Shown here piece by piece: positions 60,807 to 64,000 of a DNA stretch of 64,000 nucleotides. Where the stretch lies: positions 20,476,628-20,540,627 of the forward strand of contig OZ037767.1 in assembly GCA_964035545.1 (NCBI GenBank). The letters are read 5' to 3'. The position numbers and the translations under genes were made by a program. This DNA comes from Bugula neritina. Its lineage: Eukaryota; Animalia; Bryozoa. The notes beneath the pieces were generated by a model. It did not search any database. It was not told the origin of the DNA and was given only the letters and a program-made list of their open reading frames with translations. How positions within the stretch are numbered: position 1 is the stretch's first letter; every line of letters begins with the position of its first letter.

Positions 60807-61269
60807 AAATTTTCATTAATCTCTTGTGCATATTATACTACAACATATAAGTTACTGAAACACTTTAGAATAAATTTACATGAATTACATAACAGATTTA
60901 TCAACTTTGTTATTCGTATAGTAATTCAGAGGGCCATGATCACAAACTATTGAGTTATACAGCATGTAATATGTGTAGACCTATTACAAGTATTACATAA
61001 CTAAATATTTGTTTCTAAAATCATTTTTAATTAATTTGCTTTTGTTCAAACTTGCATTTTCACATTTCAATAATTATTGATTGCTATATTGATTTAGTAT
61101 ACACTTTAATATTATGTAACTTGTAAGGTATAATAGGCCTATAATTTTATTCAATACCATAATATTGTTAAATCATTTTAGTATGATTTAACTTAAATTG
61201 GACGGAAGAAAAATTTCACAAATAAAATTCAACATGTAGCTTTTGATAACATAATATGACTTGAACTAG

Positions 61270-61474
61270 TGTGTGTGTGCATGTGTGTGTGTGTGTGTGT
61301 GCGAGTGTGTGCGTGTGTGCGTGTGTGAGTGTGTGCGTGTGTGCGCGTGTGCGCGTGTGCGCGTGTGTGTGTGTGTGTGTGACTGTGCGCGTGTGTGTGT
61401 GTGACTGTGCGCGTGTGTGTGTGACTGTGCGTGACTGTGCGTGACTGTGCGTGACTGTGCGTGACTGTGCGTGC
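61270..61474. repeat. (GT)n/(GC)n compound microsatellite grading into (GTGACTGTGC)n
   Basis: Directly visible. Confidence 0.95.
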
Positions 61475-64000
61475 GAGTATAAAAATTACTTGCAACCGGA
61501 ATTGTTGCTTCTTGATGAACAGTACGCTTCAGCTGCCAAGCTTAACAAATTGCCATCTTGTGGTTGCAGCTTAAAACTTATCTGGCACTTTATTTTAGTA
61601 ATCAAATTTGCATAAATGTCATTACTTTTCATTTTGTGTAAATCCATGACTTATAAATATACGCACCTTATATAGGCTAGCACATTACAACTTGAGGCAG
61701 CCTTGATAAAGTTTAGGTCATGACCTCAGATCAACATGTGACAATCTACAAAAGAGGATTATTTATGGAAACTAATTTTCTAATTATTTTACAATAAATA
61801 AGTTTAAACAAAGCCTGAAAACCCAAAGTGTCTAAATTAAAATATTTTAAATAAACTTATATAGTTAATAAAGATAAATCTTCTAGATAAATCTAAAATA
61901 TTTTTTATTTGTTTACTTTCAAGAAAACTTATTAGAAATTCAGTGTTTTCTGTATATCTATGAACATTGCATAATATGCAGTAAAAAGTCTGGTTTAAAT
62001 CAGAGACCAAGCACACAGAGTTAGCCGACTAACTCTTGCAATACTCAACATTCACGGGTATGTTGCTTAACCTGCACCGCTTTTGGCAAGGAAATATCTG
62101 AGCAATCATAAAAATTAAATATGCATTCTTAGCATGACTCATCAGCTACTATTTCCATCAACTGGCAGCTGACATTCACATTTGTATAAAATATTAATTC
62201 ACAAATTAATTTATATTTGCATTTAAACTGAATGGTTTTGTTACGCAGGTGTATATCTAATTGTTTCATTAGAAAATTGTATTCCAATTTGTCTTCAACT
62301 AACAAGCTTTAGGGAAAATATTTAAACTACTATTTAACATATTAATGCATTGTATCAGTTGACATATTTTAAATTATATAATTAATGGTGTTTTTTTGTA
62401 AGTAATTCTGTCAAATTCATGCAAAGTAGTTCTAAAAAAGATCATTTTAATTTAGGCTGTATAATTATACAAATATAATGCTACATTTAGTTTGAGGCTC
62501 TAATCATCAATGCAGTAAGGGTGGGGGGGGTAGATGAAGAGCAACAAAGACCAGATACGAGTATAACTGCTATCGTATCAAGTAACAATAATTGTTAAAT
62601 TTTACGGGAAATTTTTAGTGGAAGATATGATGATTCTAAGAGTTAATTTTAGATTCTATAGGAGTTCTAAAAGAATTCACCATGAAGCATCTGCTAAAAC
62701 CTATAACTGAGCTTCATGTAACATCTGCACTTTTACTCATACAGTAACTATTCATTATATTGTAGTACTCATTTGGAACAATAATATCATGCTAATTAAA
62801 TTATGACAGTAGAAATAAATTCCTTAATTATTCAAAATTAAAAAAGCCACACCTACTCACTACTACTGTCTTGCAGATTTAATGTAAGTTCTCCACTTAC
62901 AAATAAGCATAGTTTAGTCAACTCATAAATAAAACAAGATGGCACAGTATTTAGCAATGTTATTAAAAAATTGAGAAACTGCCAACATTTATGTTAGAGA
63001 GAGATAGGCTAGAATCTTTTTTGTGAATGTTTGGTGGATCCCTTCACAGATTATGGTAGTTATAGTGTGTTGGGATACACAGGTGCAAACAGGACCGGAG
63101 TGACATTATACTATTAATAGATATATAACTATTTAACTACATGTCATAATATAACACATTTATCCTAATATTATCAAGATAAAAGAAATAACGATTTTAT
63201 GAAGTGATAGTGTGTTGGATAACAGCTCACTGCTATGTTCTCTTTAGTGCTGCATGTTTTTTTATTTTAATATAGAATAAAAGTGTTGTTACTATACACT
63301 GTTGACTTTAAATCTAATTCTTATTGGCGATTTTAGTCAGAAATAGTTACAATTATCAGTGGCTACTAGTAATTGTCTGGTGTATATACATGTTGTAGTT
63401 TTCAGATTAGTTTCAGCAATTTTCTCTTATGGCTGATGCAGCATTTTTCCATCCAACTGTTCATTGCTTGCACAACCTCTACTAGTTAAAATAAAGTAAT
63501 GACGTTAAATTATATGAAACTTTTTCAACAATTTCACTACATGCAGCTACATTATAACTTGTGTCTTTAGCTTATAGGGCTGTCTATAATTATATGGCAT
63601 CTTTGGAATGCAAACAGAGGATTCACTTACAAAGAACTGAAATGCCTCAATATTAGTATGGTCAGATATACAGAGTAAGTACGTCTGACATTGAAGCGAT
63701 ATACTGTAACTAAATTAATGTTTCTACCAACAGTTGTCATCACTCATCATCTACAACAATAAATACTTGCTTGAGTTTCCTTTGCTGTAGCTGGCAATAA
63801 GGTGCTGCCATTTAATTAGGTATATTTTGGTTGACCCCAAGTTTATGCTCCATGATATTAATAGCCATTAGTCAAGCTTCAGTGGTCAATAACACTTCAA
63901 TTATATAAAAAGCTAGTAGGTATTAAATTAACTATATAAATAACAAGTTATGAATAAATAATCTGCATATACTAATATTTTTAAATGAGAAAGTTCAAAG

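Noticed and set aside
57800-64000. Possible further genes upstream of TMTC2
   Set aside because: No chain of in-phase exons or recognisable protein motif found; it looks like intron or intergenic DNA with repeats.

Overview
AT-rich, intron-rich animal genomic DNA, probably from an invertebrate (lineage is a guess). I rebuilt the spliced gene models by hand and checked splice phases. In order: the 3' end of PIGV (+); a 20-exon WDR6/Trm734 gene (-) that contains a U12-type intron and an intronic tRNA-Glu(TTC); an SRSF7/RS2Z-like RRM-zinc-knuckle-RS splicing factor (+) with a 12-nt microexon and a candidate poison exon; a stand-alone AKAP7-like 2H phosphodiesterase (+); two tandem minus-strand DNA-binding proteins (MADF-BESS and trihelix Myb/SANT); and a 14-exon TMTC2 gene (-) carrying an antisense nested coiled-coil gene in one intron. 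The most novel-looking signal is that the two DNA-binding proteins end in the same unannotated SAM-like domain, each on its own phase-1 terminal exon. Transposon remnants (RTE and R4-like non-LTR elements, several MITEs), microsatellites, a perfect 101-bp palindrome and a tandem array of a duplicated splice donor are also present. Family calls come from motif recognition only; no database searches were run.
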